From a virus: 64,000 nt of DNA. The notes beneath the pieces were generated by a model that was given only the letters and a program-made list of their open reading frames with translations, searched no databases and was not told the origin of the DNA. Below are positions 25,767 to 35,812 of the stretch, piece by piece (position 1 is the first letter of the stretch; every line of letters begins with the position of its first letter). Where the stretch lies: positions 1 to 64,000 of the IMG/VR virus record IMGVR_UViG_3300035698_027665; one strand, 5' to 3'. Made by a program: the position numbers and the translations under genes.

Positions 25767-26238
25767 TAAAAGAGACAAAAGATGGATAAAGTCTGCGATT
25801 AAATCCGAAATCAAATCTGACGGTAAGATTGTGGTGGGACTAACCAGTGGATGTTATGATTTGTTGCACTATTTGCATCTTTTATATTTTAAAAGATGTA
25901 GAAGATATTGCGATATTTTATTGGTCGGGGTCGACAGTGATGACATGGTGCGAAAATCCAAACCCGGTCGTCCTATTGTTCCAGAGGCACATAGATTGGC
26001 AATGGTATCTGCTATAAATGTGGTAGATGCCGCCTTCATTATGGGAGATGTTAAAGATTTAGAAACTGCTATTAAAGAATTTGATGTTGACAAGCTTTTC
26101 AAAAATGATTTTTTCGTTGATCCAAATATAAAAATTGTAGGGGACGGATTGACAGAAATAGTAATTATTCCAGATGTGGACATGCCTGATTCCACATCTG
26201 GAATAATTGAAAGTATCATAAGAAAAAATAAAACATAG
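25747..26238 (+). CDS. cytidylyl/adenylyltransferase (TagD/RfaE domain II-like)
   Basis: SGCYDLLHYLH (HxGH-like), VGVDSD, GRPI, STSGII. Confidence 0.85.
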   Translation: MEFELYSKRDKRWIKSAIKSEIKSDGKIVVGLTSGCYDLLHYLHLLYFKRCRRYCDILLVGVDSDDMVRKSKPGRPIVPEAHRLAMVSAINVVDAAFIMGDVKDLETAIKEFDVDKLFKNDFFVDPNIKIVGDGLTEIVIIPDVDMPDSTSGIIESIIRKNKT

Positions 26239-26240
26239 TT

Positions 26241-26732
26241 TTATTTTTTCTTATGATAATAATGGGTTACGAATTTTTCACTTTTATTTATTTCTATTTT
26301 ATTTTTCAAAAAGTTATTTTTTATTTTGCTTATTGGAAAATAAACATCTCCAACATGTTCCCCATAAACAATGCTTAAAATTATTTCTTCAACATGTTCC
26401 AAGGCTTCTTCGTAAATAGAAGCACCACCTATAACAAAAATATCTCTATCTCCTGCTATTTTTTTGGCTAAATCTAAAGCAGATTCAAAACTATTACACC
26501 AATGTACGCTTTTTGGAACATCATCAGTACGTTCTTGTCGAGATATAACTATAGATTCTCTTTTAGGCAAAGGTTTTATGGGCAAACTGTCCCACGTTTT
26601 TCGCCCCATTATTAAGATGTTGTTTACTGTTGTTTCTTTAAACAAAGTTAATTCTTCTGAGATATGCCAAGGCAATTTATTTTTATTTCCAATAAGCCCT
26701 TTTTCATTTGCTGCCATTATCATTTTCAACAT
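26241..26732 (-). CDS. folA: dihydrofolate reductase
   Basis: IGNKNKLPWH, MGRKTWDSL, LPKR, IGGASIY, GDVYFP. Confidence 0.95.
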   Translation of the reverse strand: MLKMIMAANEKGLIGNKNKLPWHISEELTLFKETTVNNILIMGRKTWDSLPIKPLPKRESIVISRQERTDDVPKSVHWCNSFESALDLAKKIAGDRDIFVIGGASIYEEALEHVEEIILSIVYGEHVGDVYFPISKIKNNFLKNKIEINKSEKFVTHYYHKKK

Positions 26733-27381
26733 GGAGTACCTTTTCTAATGGATAATTTGTTTTTCTATACTTTTTTTCTAGTTCTTTTTTAGAAACGTTT
26801 AATTCCAAACAAGCAAAATTCAATAATTGTTCTTCGGATATTGGTTTTTTAGTCAATACAGTTTCGATATCTTTCGCTGACATGTTTCTGAATTTGTTTC
26901 GCCATCCTGTATTTTCTCCTTTATACCAAGTATACCCATTAATAAATTGTTGTACTGCGATTTTTGTTTCTTTAACATATTTGTTTTTATATAAAGCTTC
27001 TTCAAAATTGTCTTTTTCTATATCGTAGTCTTGCCCACATCTTAATAAAATTGTAAACAAAGACTTTCGTGCATTGTTGCGATTCCAAAAAGGGGCAGGT
27101 TCTATCCAAATTGATCTGTTATATGTTGTCTTCCCAAATTTACTAAGGTTGGAATGCTTCATGTTTTTTTCTAGCTTTAAAATAAAAGCTGCTATATTCT
27201 TCGATTTGTCTTTTTTGTGTGCAAAAAGAATACATTTAATATTAGGATGATTATTATGAAAAGCTTCTCTACATCGTTGCCAACTAGAAACATTGCCTGT
27301 ATCATCAACATGGGCGTAACTACCAGCAGCTACATTTATTGTTGGCATTCCAAAATTTTTTGTTTCATTTAGATAATTCAT
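26704..27381 (-). CDS. hypothetical protein, paralog of 56903..57676
   Basis: Shares the CR[ED], F..xLE and W.....SLFTILLRxG pattern with the ORF at 56903. Confidence 0.6.
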   Translation of the reverse strand: MNYLNETKNFGMPTINVAAGSYAHVDDTGNVSSWQRCREAFHNNHPNIKCILFAHKKDKSKNIAAFILKLEKNMKHSNLSKFGKTTYNRSIWIEPAPFWNRNNARKSLFTILLRCGQDYDIEKDNFEEALYKNKYVKETKIAVQQFINGYTWYKGENTGWRNKFRNMSAKDIETVLTKKPISEEQLLNFACLELNVSKKELEKKYRKTNYPLEKVLHVENDNGSK

Positions 27382-27844
27382 TTTTACCTTAAAAGTAGTA
27401 TTTTTTATAAAGGGATAAACCAACATTCTTCTGCTCTATAGCGGCCCAATGTAGAGAAAGTCATCATGGGCTTCACTTGAGAAACAGCTAGTACAAGAAT
27501 CCATTGTTTATCATCGTTAAAGGGATTTTTAACATTGTTAAAACAATTTTTACTCTTTATTCCGCAATTACAAGCAGAATGATGTGAAAAAGATACTCGA
27601 CTTGTTTTACTGTAGAAATCTGCTGTGTACCTTTTCACAGTTTGAAAAATGTTTTTTTTGAAAATAATCACTCTTTTTTATTATAGCTTTATAGTTTAAA
27701 CAATCAAACAATTAAAAATAGTTTACATGACAGAAATTTGAAACAAGTTTTAAAAGTTGAATTCTTCGATTAATTGCACTATAGTAGTAAATAAATGTAG
27801 TTGATGTGGAAACGAAGTTTTCTGCAAAATCTTTATATACCTCA

Positions 27845-27872
27845 TTGACACAAGAGAAAAACATGGTACATT
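27845..27872 (+). promoter_or_regulatory. sigma70-type promoter
   Basis: TTGACA-16 bp-TACATT with TG extension. Confidence 0.65.
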
Positions 27873-27918
27873 ATTTGAATCGTGTAAGAACAGTAACGCT
27901 TAACAAAGGAGCAATGAT

Positions 27919-28257
27919 ATGAAAAAAGCAGAAAAACAGGCAAGACAAGGGGACATATTTTTCAAGTCGGTTGAAAAAGCCCCAACGAAAACAGTTAAAC
28001 CCTATGGAAGTAACATTCTAGCATATGGCGAAGTTACGGGTCACGCTCATGCAATATCCAGCCCATCACTTTCAGAATACGAGTCTGTTATTGATGAAAA
28101 TGGTGATATCTTTGTCTATTCATCAGAAAAAGATATAGAAATTTCTCACGAAGAACATGGGACAATAACTCTTGAAGCCAATAAATGGTGGAATGTTTCT
28201 CGTCAAAGAGAATACGACCCCATTGCTGTTGAAAAAGAACGAATTGTCGCTGACTGA
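27919..28257 (+). CDS. conserved small protein (RQGD / GEVTGHAH / HEEH / RQREY)
   Basis: Motifs as named; AAGGAG SD. Confidence 0.75.
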   Translation: MKKAEKQARQGDIFFKSVEKAPTKTVKPYGSNILAYGEVTGHAHAISSPSLSEYESVIDENGDIFVYSSEKDIEISHEEHGTITLEANKWWNVSRQREYDPIAVEKERIVAD

Positions 28258-28339
28258 TTTATATTTGAGTTAATTTTTTGACTTAAATATATCTAATTAA
28301 AATGTATTAATTAGATATTTTACTCAATCCTTAAAAGGA

Positions 28340-28675
28340 ATGCATCAAATGTCCGCAAAAAAACAAGAACAAGAACAGCCAAGAAACGCAGCAGATATCT
28401 TTAAAAGATATTTAGGACAAAAGGTGGCTGTACTTTGTGCTAGATACCATTATCGAGGAATTCTTTCTGTTGTAACAGAAGATGCGATTGTTTTAGCGAA
28501 TCCAACAATGGTTGAAGTTAGCGGCATCGCCGCTGCTGAAAGACCCCATAGCGAAGACCCTATGGGGTCTGATGTCATTGTCAAAAATGATGCTATTGAA
28601 ATCATGCATCAGTCAAATTGGGTAACGTCCGCATTGCCTTCCGAAGACGGATATGTTGGTACCAATACCAACTAA
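28340..28675 (+). CDS. putative Sm/LSm-fold protein
   Basis: LGQKVAVLCARYHYRGILSVVTEDAIVL fits an Sm1-like pattern. Confidence 0.55.
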   Translation: MHQMSAKKQEQEQPRNAADIFKRYLGQKVAVLCARYHYRGILSVVTEDAIVLANPTMVEVSGIAAAERPHSEDPMGSDVIVKNDAIEIMHQSNWVTSALPSEDGYVGTNTN

Positions 28676-28677
28676 AT

Positions 28678-28717
28678 AAAAACCCGTCAGTTTTACTGAC
28701 GGGTTTTTATTTTTTTT
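28678..28717. terminator. intrinsic terminator
   Basis: AAAAACCCGTCAGT...ACTGACGGGTTTTT. Confidence 0.75.
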
Positions 28718-28732
28718 AAAAGTGAGTAAATA

Positions 28733-29335
28733 ATGTCAAAAACAAGCAGCCCTCTTTCAAAATGGCTTGCAAGGATTAGCATTGTCCATAGCGAATATGA
28801 TTTTGGCCCTTTGAAAGAATATAGAAATGAAGAAGGTCGTCTTCATAGGGATAATGCACCAGCGTATGTTTCGCCAACCAAAGTTACCTATTATCAAAAT
28901 GGGCGAAAACATGGGTTAGACGTAGGTATTTTTGGAACAATAGCCTATTATTATGAAGGAATTGCAGTTCCTAAAAGATTTATAGACGCACCAGAAACCC
29001 TAAATTTAGATTCTATAATTACAAATCCTAATACAGAGGTTAGGTATGTAGGATTAAAAGTTTATGGTTATGATAGAATGGAAAAGGAAGGGCGTCTCAA
29101 AAAAATCAATGAAGATGAAAAAGGGACTCTTTATCTTTTCAAATACAATGATGGCAAAACAGACCTTAATACAGAAATAGGTTTGGCAAAGGTGTTAAAC
29201 TCGTCTGCGGAGCCTGATGGGACGTATAAGACGTATTTCCTACAAGTACCGCCAGATATGACTACCTGTAAAGAAGCTATTGCATGGACCTTTAGAATGA
29301 ATGTCGACGATTATTTTCCAGAACAGGAAAGTTAA
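28733..29335 (+). CDS. DUF6745-like protein
   Basis: GRLHRDNAPA, NTEVR, PDGTYKTYFLQVPP...AIAWTF. Confidence 0.7.
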   Translation: MSKTSSPLSKWLARISIVHSEYDFGPLKEYRNEEGRLHRDNAPAYVSPTKVTYYQNGRKHGLDVGIFGTIAYYYEGIAVPKRFIDAPETLNLDSIITNPNTEVRYVGLKVYGYDRMEKEGRLKKINEDEKGTLYLFKYNDGKTDLNTEIGLAKVLNSSAEPDGTYKTYFLQVPPDMTTCKEAIAWTFRMNVDDYFPEQES

Positions 29336-29343
29336 TATTTATT

Positions 29344-29377
29344 AAAAAAAGCGGATTCAATTGAATCCGCTTTTTTT
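29344..29377. terminator. bidirectional intrinsic terminator
   Basis: A7-GCGGATTCAA/TTGAATCCGC-T7. Confidence 0.8.
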
Positions 29378-29714
29378 AATAAATGCTGTTGTATTCTTTT
29401 ACTTTTTTTTCTATTGCTTTTCGTTCTAAAAGCATTTCTTTTACTGTTTCTTTTTTTGCCCAATCTAGAAGCAACTCCCCTCTCATTCCTTGTTCATAAC
29501 CTTTTATTAATTTTTTGGTTTGTATTTTTTTATACACAGGAGCGCTAGGAGTCCCTATTATTTCTTCAATTTCTTGTTCAATTTTTATTTTTCTTTCATT
29601 ATTCTTTTTTTCTAAAAAAAGATTCCAAAAAGGGGCCACAAAAAACAATATGAAAGCCAATAACCAAAGTTTATTTAAAGATTTTCTTGATATTGGGACG
29701 TGCAACATGTTCAC
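29376..29714 (-). CDS. small membrane-anchored protein
   Basis: N-terminal hydrophobic helix LWLLAFILFFVAPFW. Confidence 0.5.
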   Translation of the reverse strand: MNMLHVPISRKSLNKLWLLAFILFFVAPFWNLFLEKKNNERKIKIEQEIEEIIGTPSAPVYKKIQTKKLIKGYEQGMRGELLLDWAKKETVKEMLLERKAIEKKVKEYNSIY

Positions 29715-29799
29715 CTTATAATTATTTGTGCTTATTAAAATAAAAAAACGTTATTATTTTTCCATTGTCGAAAAAGAAATTTATTGTCTAAATAATAAT

Positions 29800-32334
29800 A
29801 TGAAATTTCATAGTTTTATTATCAATAAGAAATTTGGACATTCTTTAAATTTAATTAAAGAAGAAAGCCAAATGCCTTTTGGAAAATACAAAGGGAAGCT
29901 TATTTCTCAAATTCCATCTGGATATCTTAATTGGGCTGTAGATACTGTAGATAGCAGAATCCTACCGGATGTTTTAAAACAAGAAATCATTGCTCTTATT
30001 AGACAAAACAAAAATATTCCTAGTGTCCCTAACGCAAACACAAACACAAATACAAATACAAATACAAATACAAACACAATAAACATTTTAAACAAAAAAG
30101 GGAGATGGATAGGCGTAAAAATAATAAGCAATCCTCCTTTAAATTTTCAAGTTGGGGACGTTTTAACTATCGAAATGAACGGTGAAGGCGATTGGTTTGC
30201 GGTGAGAGAAGATAAAAAAACTGCAATCTTATCAAAAAACATGATTTCCTCTATTGTTCAAAGTCTAAAAACAGATGATGGGAAAAGCATTCAAGGGGCC
30301 ACCCCATTAGAAGTATTTAATATTATAAAGACTTTAAAGCCTTTAAAGAAAAACAAAAAAGATAGTCCGTTAATCCCATCTGAATTGATGAGTGATGAAC
30401 AAAAAGCTATTGAATCCAAATTTGAAAAAATAATTAATGGACAACAAGATCACATTGTAATTAACGCCTTAGCAGGCACAGGCAAAACAACAGTTTTGAA
30501 ACATTTAGCTTGGAAGTTCGGCAAGCCGGGCCAAAAGTGGTTGTATTTAGTTTTCAATAAAGCAAACGAAGTGGAAGCAGTAGAAAAATTTCCAAGTTTC
30601 GTAACAGTAAAAACAACTAATAGTTTTTTAGGAGATGTTTTAAAAGCTAAAAGCAATATAACGAAAATTCCTCAAACTGATAGGTTGATAGGAATAGCGA
30701 ACCAAGACAATGGCAGCAAAAATATTGAAAAGATAAGATTATTGGCAGATAGCACAGAGTTCCAAGCAATAGAAAACACGTTGTTGAATTTATCAAATGT
30801 ACATAACGAAACAGATTCTATAGGGAAGACTACAGGAAGGCTTATCAAAGCAATTAGATATTCTTTTAAAGAACAAGCTTTAAAATTAGCAAATTTAGCT
30901 AAATCATATGCAGTCGATCCAGAAGGAGATTTAGAAAAAGAATTTAAAATCATTATGGATAAATACGATTTTGACTACGATTTATCTGACATCAAAGAAA
31001 GAATTCAAAAATACGACTCTAGTTTTGGGGCTGCTGTAATTGATCGCTTGCAAGAAGTTTTAGGATATGATTTTATGACGGCTAATTTTGAAAAACAAAT
31101 TATTAAAGCCTCTGAATGGATGATTAGAAAAAGCGTTCCCAATGCAACAAAACAAAAATACAAGTCGGGTAAGAACGAATATGATTTAGGAAAAATGAGA
31201 GATTTCAATGACGATTTGTGGTTCGCCGCAACGATGGCCAACAAAATTGATTGGCCTAAATACGATGTCGTTCTGGCTGACGAAGTGCAAGATTTCAACG
31301 TATCACAAAAAATTATGGTTCTGAAATTGCACGATGCTGGTAGCAAAATAGTTGCTGTAGGTGACCCCAATCAGTCGATATACAGATTTAGAGGGGCTGA
31401 TGGAGAATCGTTTGATAATCTGGCAACTTTATTAAAAAAGGTTTCCCAATCAGATGAAAACGTTGAGTATTCTTTAACTAAAAACTTTAGATCGAAAAAG
31501 GCTATTATAGATTTCGCCAATGAAGAAACACATGTAAAGAATTTAATTCATGGTAGAACATCTGATGATGGAGATGATGGGATTGCAACCAAATTTAAAG
31601 TCGACTACAATCAGGCGTTTGAGGTTCTTAACCAAGAAGGAAATTCTAGAAAAAACACCGCCTTTATCGCCAGAACAAATGAGCCGTTAGTGCATGCTGC
31701 TTTAAAACTTTTGTCAAATAACATCCCTTTTGTTATTGTTGGAAAAGATATAGCTAAAGACTTGAAGAATCACATTGCTTATATGATTAGATTAAATAGA
31801 CTGCATGACAATGATCGTGTTGGAGATTTACATCAAGCATTGTTTGATTTTCAAGAAAAAGAAAAGGAACAACATGAATCTAAATCCACAAAAAAATCTT
31901 ATTTAGAAGAAGTTAATGAGGTAACAGAGGCGTTGTCATCTGCGATTGATAATTTTAGTAACAGTGAAAGAAATACATATGACTCTCCCACGAATAATGA
32001 TGAAACAATTGGTGAATTTAAAAAATGGATAGAAAATAGATTGGGGGGATTAAATGTTGGCGAGCGTGTATCCGATACGAAAAAATATCAAAAGAAATTA
32101 GAAGAAGAAAATCCAGTAGTTTTGACGACAGCCCATCGTTCTAAAGGATTGGAATTTGAGAGGGTGTATGTGTTGAGGTACGACGGGTATCCTAATAAAA
32201 AAGCTACAAGAGAAGAAGACTTGAAGCAAGAAGAAAATGCGAAATATGTCACAATAACAAGAGCAATGGATGAACTGCATATTTTAGATTTGAAAGACCA
32301 ACCGGGCTACAAAAAACCCAATTCAAGCGAATAA
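29800..32334 (+). CDS. SF1 UvrD/Rep-like helicase with an N-terminal MPFGKYKG (DUF3820-like) domain
   Basis: ALAGTGKT, DEVQD, VGDPNQSIYRFRGA, NFRS, TAHRSKGLEF, YVTITRA. Confidence 0.9.
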   Translation: MKFHSFIINKKFGHSLNLIKEESQMPFGKYKGKLISQIPSGYLNWAVDTVDSRILPDVLKQEIIALIRQNKNIPSVPNANTNTNTNTNTNTNTINILNKKGRWIGVKIISNPPLNFQVGDVLTIEMNGEGDWFAVREDKKTAILSKNMISSIVQSLKTDDGKSIQGATPLEVFNIIKTLKPLKKNKKDSPLIPSELMSDEQKAIESKFEKIINGQQDHIVINALAGTGKTTVLKHLAWKFGKPGQKWLYLVFNKANEVEAVEKFPSFVTVKTTNSFLGDVLKAKSNITKIPQTDRLIGIANQDNGSKNIEKIRLLADSTEFQAIENTLLNLSNVHNETDSIGKTTGRLIKAIRYSFKEQALKLANLAKSYAVDPEGDLEKEFKIIMDKYDFDYDLSDIKERIQKYDSSFGAAVIDRLQEVLGYDFMTANFEKQIIKASEWMIRKSVPNATKQKYKSGKNEYDLGKMRDFNDDLWFAATMANKIDWPKYDVVLADEVQDFNVSQKIMVLKLHDAGSKIVAVGDPNQSIYRFRGADGESFDNLATLLKKVSQSDENVEYSLTKNFRSKKAIIDFANEETHVKNLIHGRTSDDGDDGIATKFKVDYNQAFEVLNQEGNSRKNTAFIARTNEPLVHAALKLLSNNIPFVIVGKDIAKDLKNHIAYMIRLNRLHDNDRVGDLHQALFDFQEKEKEQHESKSTKKSYLEEVNEVTEALSSAIDNFSNSERNTYDSPTNNDETIGEFKKWIENRLGGLNVGERVSDTKKYQKKLEEENPVVLTTAHRSKGLEFERVYVLRYDGYPNKKATREEDLKQEENAKYVTITRAMDELHILDLKDQPGYKKPNSSE
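30031..30078 (+). repeat. 6-bp microsatellite (AAYRCA)x8 encoding an NT linker
   Basis: aacgca aacaca aacaca aataca aataca aataca aataca aacaca. Confidence 0.85.
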
Positions 32335-32475
32335 ATCGCTTTACAAAACGCACAGAAGCCCTATACTTAACAAGCAAGATGTTTAACAAACAACAGCAAA
32401 ATTGAATAGTATGGGCATAACGTCTCAATTTAAAACACGAATCAGACCTGCATACTCCGAAATGATGGGCAATAT

Positions 32476-32742
32476 ATGAATACAAAAGTTAAAATTTTAA
32501 TTTATATTTTAGTGGTTTTTACATTTATATCAATGGCTATTTTAATTGAGCCATTAAACACTAATGAAATGACAAATAACGCATTGCAAGCCGTAAATGG
32601 GACATCGAACCAATTTATAGAGCAACAAACATATCGTGAAACAAGCGTGCTTATCAAAACGTGGTTTATGCCAATTGTATTGATTGTAATTGGCATATTT
32701 TTATTCAAAAAAGAATTTGTTAAATTCTTTAAAACTCTTTAA
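32476..32742 (+). CDS. small two-TM membrane protein
   Basis: Two hydrophobic segments; upstream of the SPFH gene. Confidence 0.6.
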   Translation: MNTKVKILIYILVVFTFISMAILIEPLNTNEMTNNALQAVNGTSNQFIEQQTYRETSVLIKTWFMPIVLIVIGIFLFKKEFVKFFKTL

Positions 32743-32755
32743 AAGGAAAATGTAA

Positions 32756-33841
32756 ATGAAGCATGACATTGGAATTATTTTGGCAGTAGCAATTATGACA
32801 CTAGCTGGATGTAAGCCATATCAAGAAGAAAGATATGTAGAAGCTGGTACAAATGAAACGGTTTATGTTATTCCAATCGACGGCGATGCAGCAACACAGG
32901 TTAAGCTTGATTCAAAAGAGGCTTATGAAGAAAGACGGGTTTTAGCTCGTAGAATAACTGTGCCTACTCGCTGGAAGAAAACGGGAAGATTTTGGGCTGA
33001 TGGATATTATATTCCTACTGTAAGAGTAATACGAGTTAATAGAAGTCCTGTTACTAGAGAATGGACCGCAGATAACAACAGCGGTACTTCTAGAAACAAT
33101 CAAGCTATTTGGATCGAATCTTCTGATTCTGTTGGTTTTTCTCTAGGATTCAACTGCACTGCAATGGTTCGTGAAGAAGATGCTTCTTTGTTTCTTTACT
33201 ATTATCCCTCTGAAAAATCAGATGGAGAAAAAGGCAATGAAGACACCAATAGCCGACTAGCCGTTGTTATAGATACAGAAATCAGGGGATTGGTGCAGTC
33301 TGTTAGTTCAGAAGTAGCAGCTAGATACAATCTCGATCTTCTGCGAGAAAGAAAGAACGAGATTTTAGACGAAGTACGAAAAGCATTAATCCCTTATTTT
33401 GCAGAACGGGGCATTACCATAACAACTATTGGTATGTTCGATGGATTTTCTTATGAAAACGCCAATATTCAGAAATCTATTGATGATGTGTTCATCGCAC
33501 AGCAAGAAAAAAATAGAGAAAAAGCACTTCTCGATGCTATGGGTTCAAAAGAACAAAGATTGAAGCGAGAAGGCGAAGCAGAAGCAGAAAAATTTGCTGC
33601 TATAGCTGAAAAACGTTTGGAAACTCGTGAAAAAGAAATTGATGTTGAAGTTCAAGGAATCCTCAAGAAGAACACTGCTCTTGCAAACGCAAGTCCTATA
33701 TATGTTCAACTACGAGCTTTAGAAGTCGAACAGAACAGAGTAGAAAAATGGGATGGGAAAGCTCCGCAAATGATGATGGGGAGCAACGGTAATGGGTTTT
33801 TGCCTATGATGCAAATGCCAATGACAGTCACAAGCCCATAG
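32756..33841 (+). CDS. SPFH/band-7-like lipoprotein
   Basis: Lipobox LAGC, AERGITIT, coiled coil, KWDGKAP tail. Confidence 0.75.
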   Translation: MKHDIGIILAVAIMTLAGCKPYQEERYVEAGTNETVYVIPIDGDAATQVKLDSKEAYEERRVLARRITVPTRWKKTGRFWADGYYIPTVRVIRVNRSPVTREWTADNNSGTSRNNQAIWIESSDSVGFSLGFNCTAMVREEDASLFLYYYPSEKSDGEKGNEDTNSRLAVVIDTEIRGLVQSVSSEVAARYNLDLLRERKNEILDEVRKALIPYFAERGITITTIGMFDGFSYENANIQKSIDDVFIAQQEKNREKALLDAMGSKEQRLKREGEAEAEKFAAIAEKRLETREKEIDVEVQGILKKNTALANASPIYVQLRALEVEQNRVEKWDGKAPQMMMGSNGNGFLPMMQMPMTVTSP

Positions 33842-33868
33842 AGAAAAATACGAGATAAAATTTAATAC

Positions 33869-33897
33869 AAAAGCCCACGTTTTAAACGTGGGCTTTT
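33869..33897. terminator. intrinsic terminator
   Basis: AAAAGCCCACGTTT/AAACGTGGGCTTTT. Confidence 0.75.
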
Positions 33898-33925
33898 GTA
33901 TTTTAATTGCTATATTAAAATCATT

Positions 33926-34861
33926 ATGGATATATTAGTAGTTCCTACAATTAGAAAAGATTGCATTCTTAATTTTTTAAACAAATGGGAGGGAAATGGA
34001 GATTGGGATAAGATTATTATTGTAGAAGATAATCCTACTTGTACTTTTGACATTAAAGGAATAGACTTTCACTATAGTTGGGAAGACATAGAAAAGGATT
34101 TAGGAAAAGACTCTTGGATCATTTCAAAACGTGATAGTGCAATTCGAACATATGGATTTTACAAAGCTTACCAGCTAGGGGCAGACTATATTTTCAGTCT
34201 AGATGACGACTGCATGCCTTATAAAAAAGATTTTTGTAAATCACATAAAGAAAATATGCTTTTTGAAAAATGGATGAGCCTGATTCCAGATGTTAGAACA
34301 AGGGGATTGCCCTATAAAAATAAAGGGATGTTAAAATGTGTAGCTAATGTAGGTTTGTGGAGAGGAATACCAGATTTTGACGCTGTGACTTCTTTAGCAA
34401 ATGGAGTTCCAGAAAACTTTGACCCTCAATCTAAAAAACAAATTATACCAAATGGAGTTTACTTTCCTTTTTGTGGTATGAATATGGCATTTCATAAATC
34501 TATAATCCCATTAGCTTATTTTCCATTAATGGGGCAAAATCAAAAATATTCTAGATTTGATGATATTTGGTTTGGAATTATTTTAAAAAAGATATGTGAT
34601 CATTTGAGGCTAAACATTAGCTACGGACATCCAGAAATAACTCATAAAAAGGCAAGCAATATGTTTGTCAATTTGATAAAAGAGGCTTCTGGTATTTATT
34701 CAAATGAAACTTTTTGGGAAACAATAGATCAAATAAAATTAACTAAAAACAATCCTAAAGATTGTATGGCTGAAATAGGGGATGGATTGCTTCACCTTGA
34801 AGATGAATATTTATCTAATCTTGGGAAAGCTATATTGATTTGGATTTCGTTTTTTAATTGA
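33926..34861 (+). CDS. RGP / UDP-arabinopyranose mutase-like protein (GT75)
   Basis: DSAIRTYGF, LDDDC, RGLPY, GLWRGIPDFDA, PFCGMNMAF, RFDDIWFG. Confidence 0.8.
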   Translation: MDILVVPTIRKDCILNFLNKWEGNGDWDKIIIVEDNPTCTFDIKGIDFHYSWEDIEKDLGKDSWIISKRDSAIRTYGFYKAYQLGADYIFSLDDDCMPYKKDFCKSHKENMLFEKWMSLIPDVRTRGLPYKNKGMLKCVANVGLWRGIPDFDAVTSLANGVPENFDPQSKKQIIPNGVYFPFCGMNMAFHKSIIPLAYFPLMGQNQKYSRFDDIWFGIILKKICDHLRLNISYGHPEITHKKASNMFVNLIKEASGIYSNETFWETIDQIKLTKNNPKDCMAEIGDGLLHLEDEYLSNLGKAILIWISFFN

Positions 34862-34875
34862 TATATAAAAATATA

Positions 34876-35199
34876 ATGAAATTTAAATTATGGTTGGAAA
34901 ACGGGCAACTAGAATTTCCTTTTGCGAAAAAGGAACCTTATGACGTTAAAACAGAACCCATGTCTACAGAAAAAACACCAACAAAAAACCTTAAACTTGT
35001 ATCAATAACCAATGATTATTCTAACCAAAAGGTGGTTAAAATAATCATTGGTCATGATACGTATGAATATTTTATACCTGCATTTGAAGGGAGAGATAGA
35101 TTGATATCTCAATTGTCTACAAATGGGGCATGGAGTGCTTTAAATAAAATAAAAAAAATAAGTTCTTTTTATTATAAAAACGGACATCCTATTGAGTGA
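34876..35199 (+). CDS. hypothetical protein with a capsid-targeting-like N-terminus
   Basis: Starts MKFKLWLEN. Confidence 0.6.
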   Translation: MKFKLWLENGQLEFPFAKKEPYDVKTEPMSTEKTPTKNLKLVSITNDYSNQKVVKIIIGHDTYEYFIPAFEGRDRLISQLSTNGAWSALNKIKKISSFYYKNGHPIE

Positions 35200-35488
35200 T
35201 TTTCAAATTGGGTGTCACTATTCCATTGCCATATTTTGCATTGAATTCATTAGCTATTTCTTTTAGAGGCGTTGCGACAATTGCAACATGTTCTTTTTTT
35301 ATTTTGAACACATCATCATCTGAAATAGGGATTAAAGGCATCAATCCGAATTGCGGCCTTCCAGTTGCAGGATCAACATCCATGACTGGTTTAAATGCAT
35401 TTTTCATTTCGTAATAGTCATCTTTTTCTGTCAAAAAACACACTACCTGATCGCCATTGGTCAATTGTAAAACTTTAATATTATTCAT
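35189..35488 (-). CDS. conserved T4-like small beta-rich protein
   Basis: IKVLQLTNGDQVV...GIVTP; AAGGAG SD. Confidence 0.65.
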   Translation of the reverse strand: MNNIKVLQLTNGDQVVCFLTEKDDYYEMKNAFKPVMDVDPATGRPQFGLMPLIPISDDDVFKIKKEHVAIVATPLKEIANEFNAKYGNGIVTPNLKITQ

Positions 35489-35557
35489 AATATTTTCTCC
35501 TTTTCAACATTATAAAAGTTATTTACTAAAAAATCAACTAAGTTTCTTTATTATTCC

Positions 35558-35812
35558 GTGAAGCAGATAATAGAAAAGGTTCTTGAAGAAAACGATGAAG
35601 CAATTTTAGCAGATGGATTTGAATCTTCTGCAATTGGAGTTGGATATCGTTGTGGACAAAAACCTGTCATCGTTTATGATTATAAAAAATGCATTGAAGA
35701 AATAATTAAAAGCAAAGGAGTTTCAAGACTTGAAGCTGTTGATTTTTTTCACTACAATGTTGTAAGATGTTGGATCGATGAAAACTCACCTATATTTTTA
35801 GAACTATGCTAA
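35558..35812 (+). CDS. conserved phage hypothetical protein
   Basis: ADGFESSAIG...VYDYKKCI...EAVDFFHYN. Confidence 0.6.
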   Translation: MKQIIEKVLEENDEAILADGFESSAIGVGYRCGQKPVIVYDYKKCIEEIIKSKGVSRLEAVDFFHYNVVRCWIDENSPIFLELC

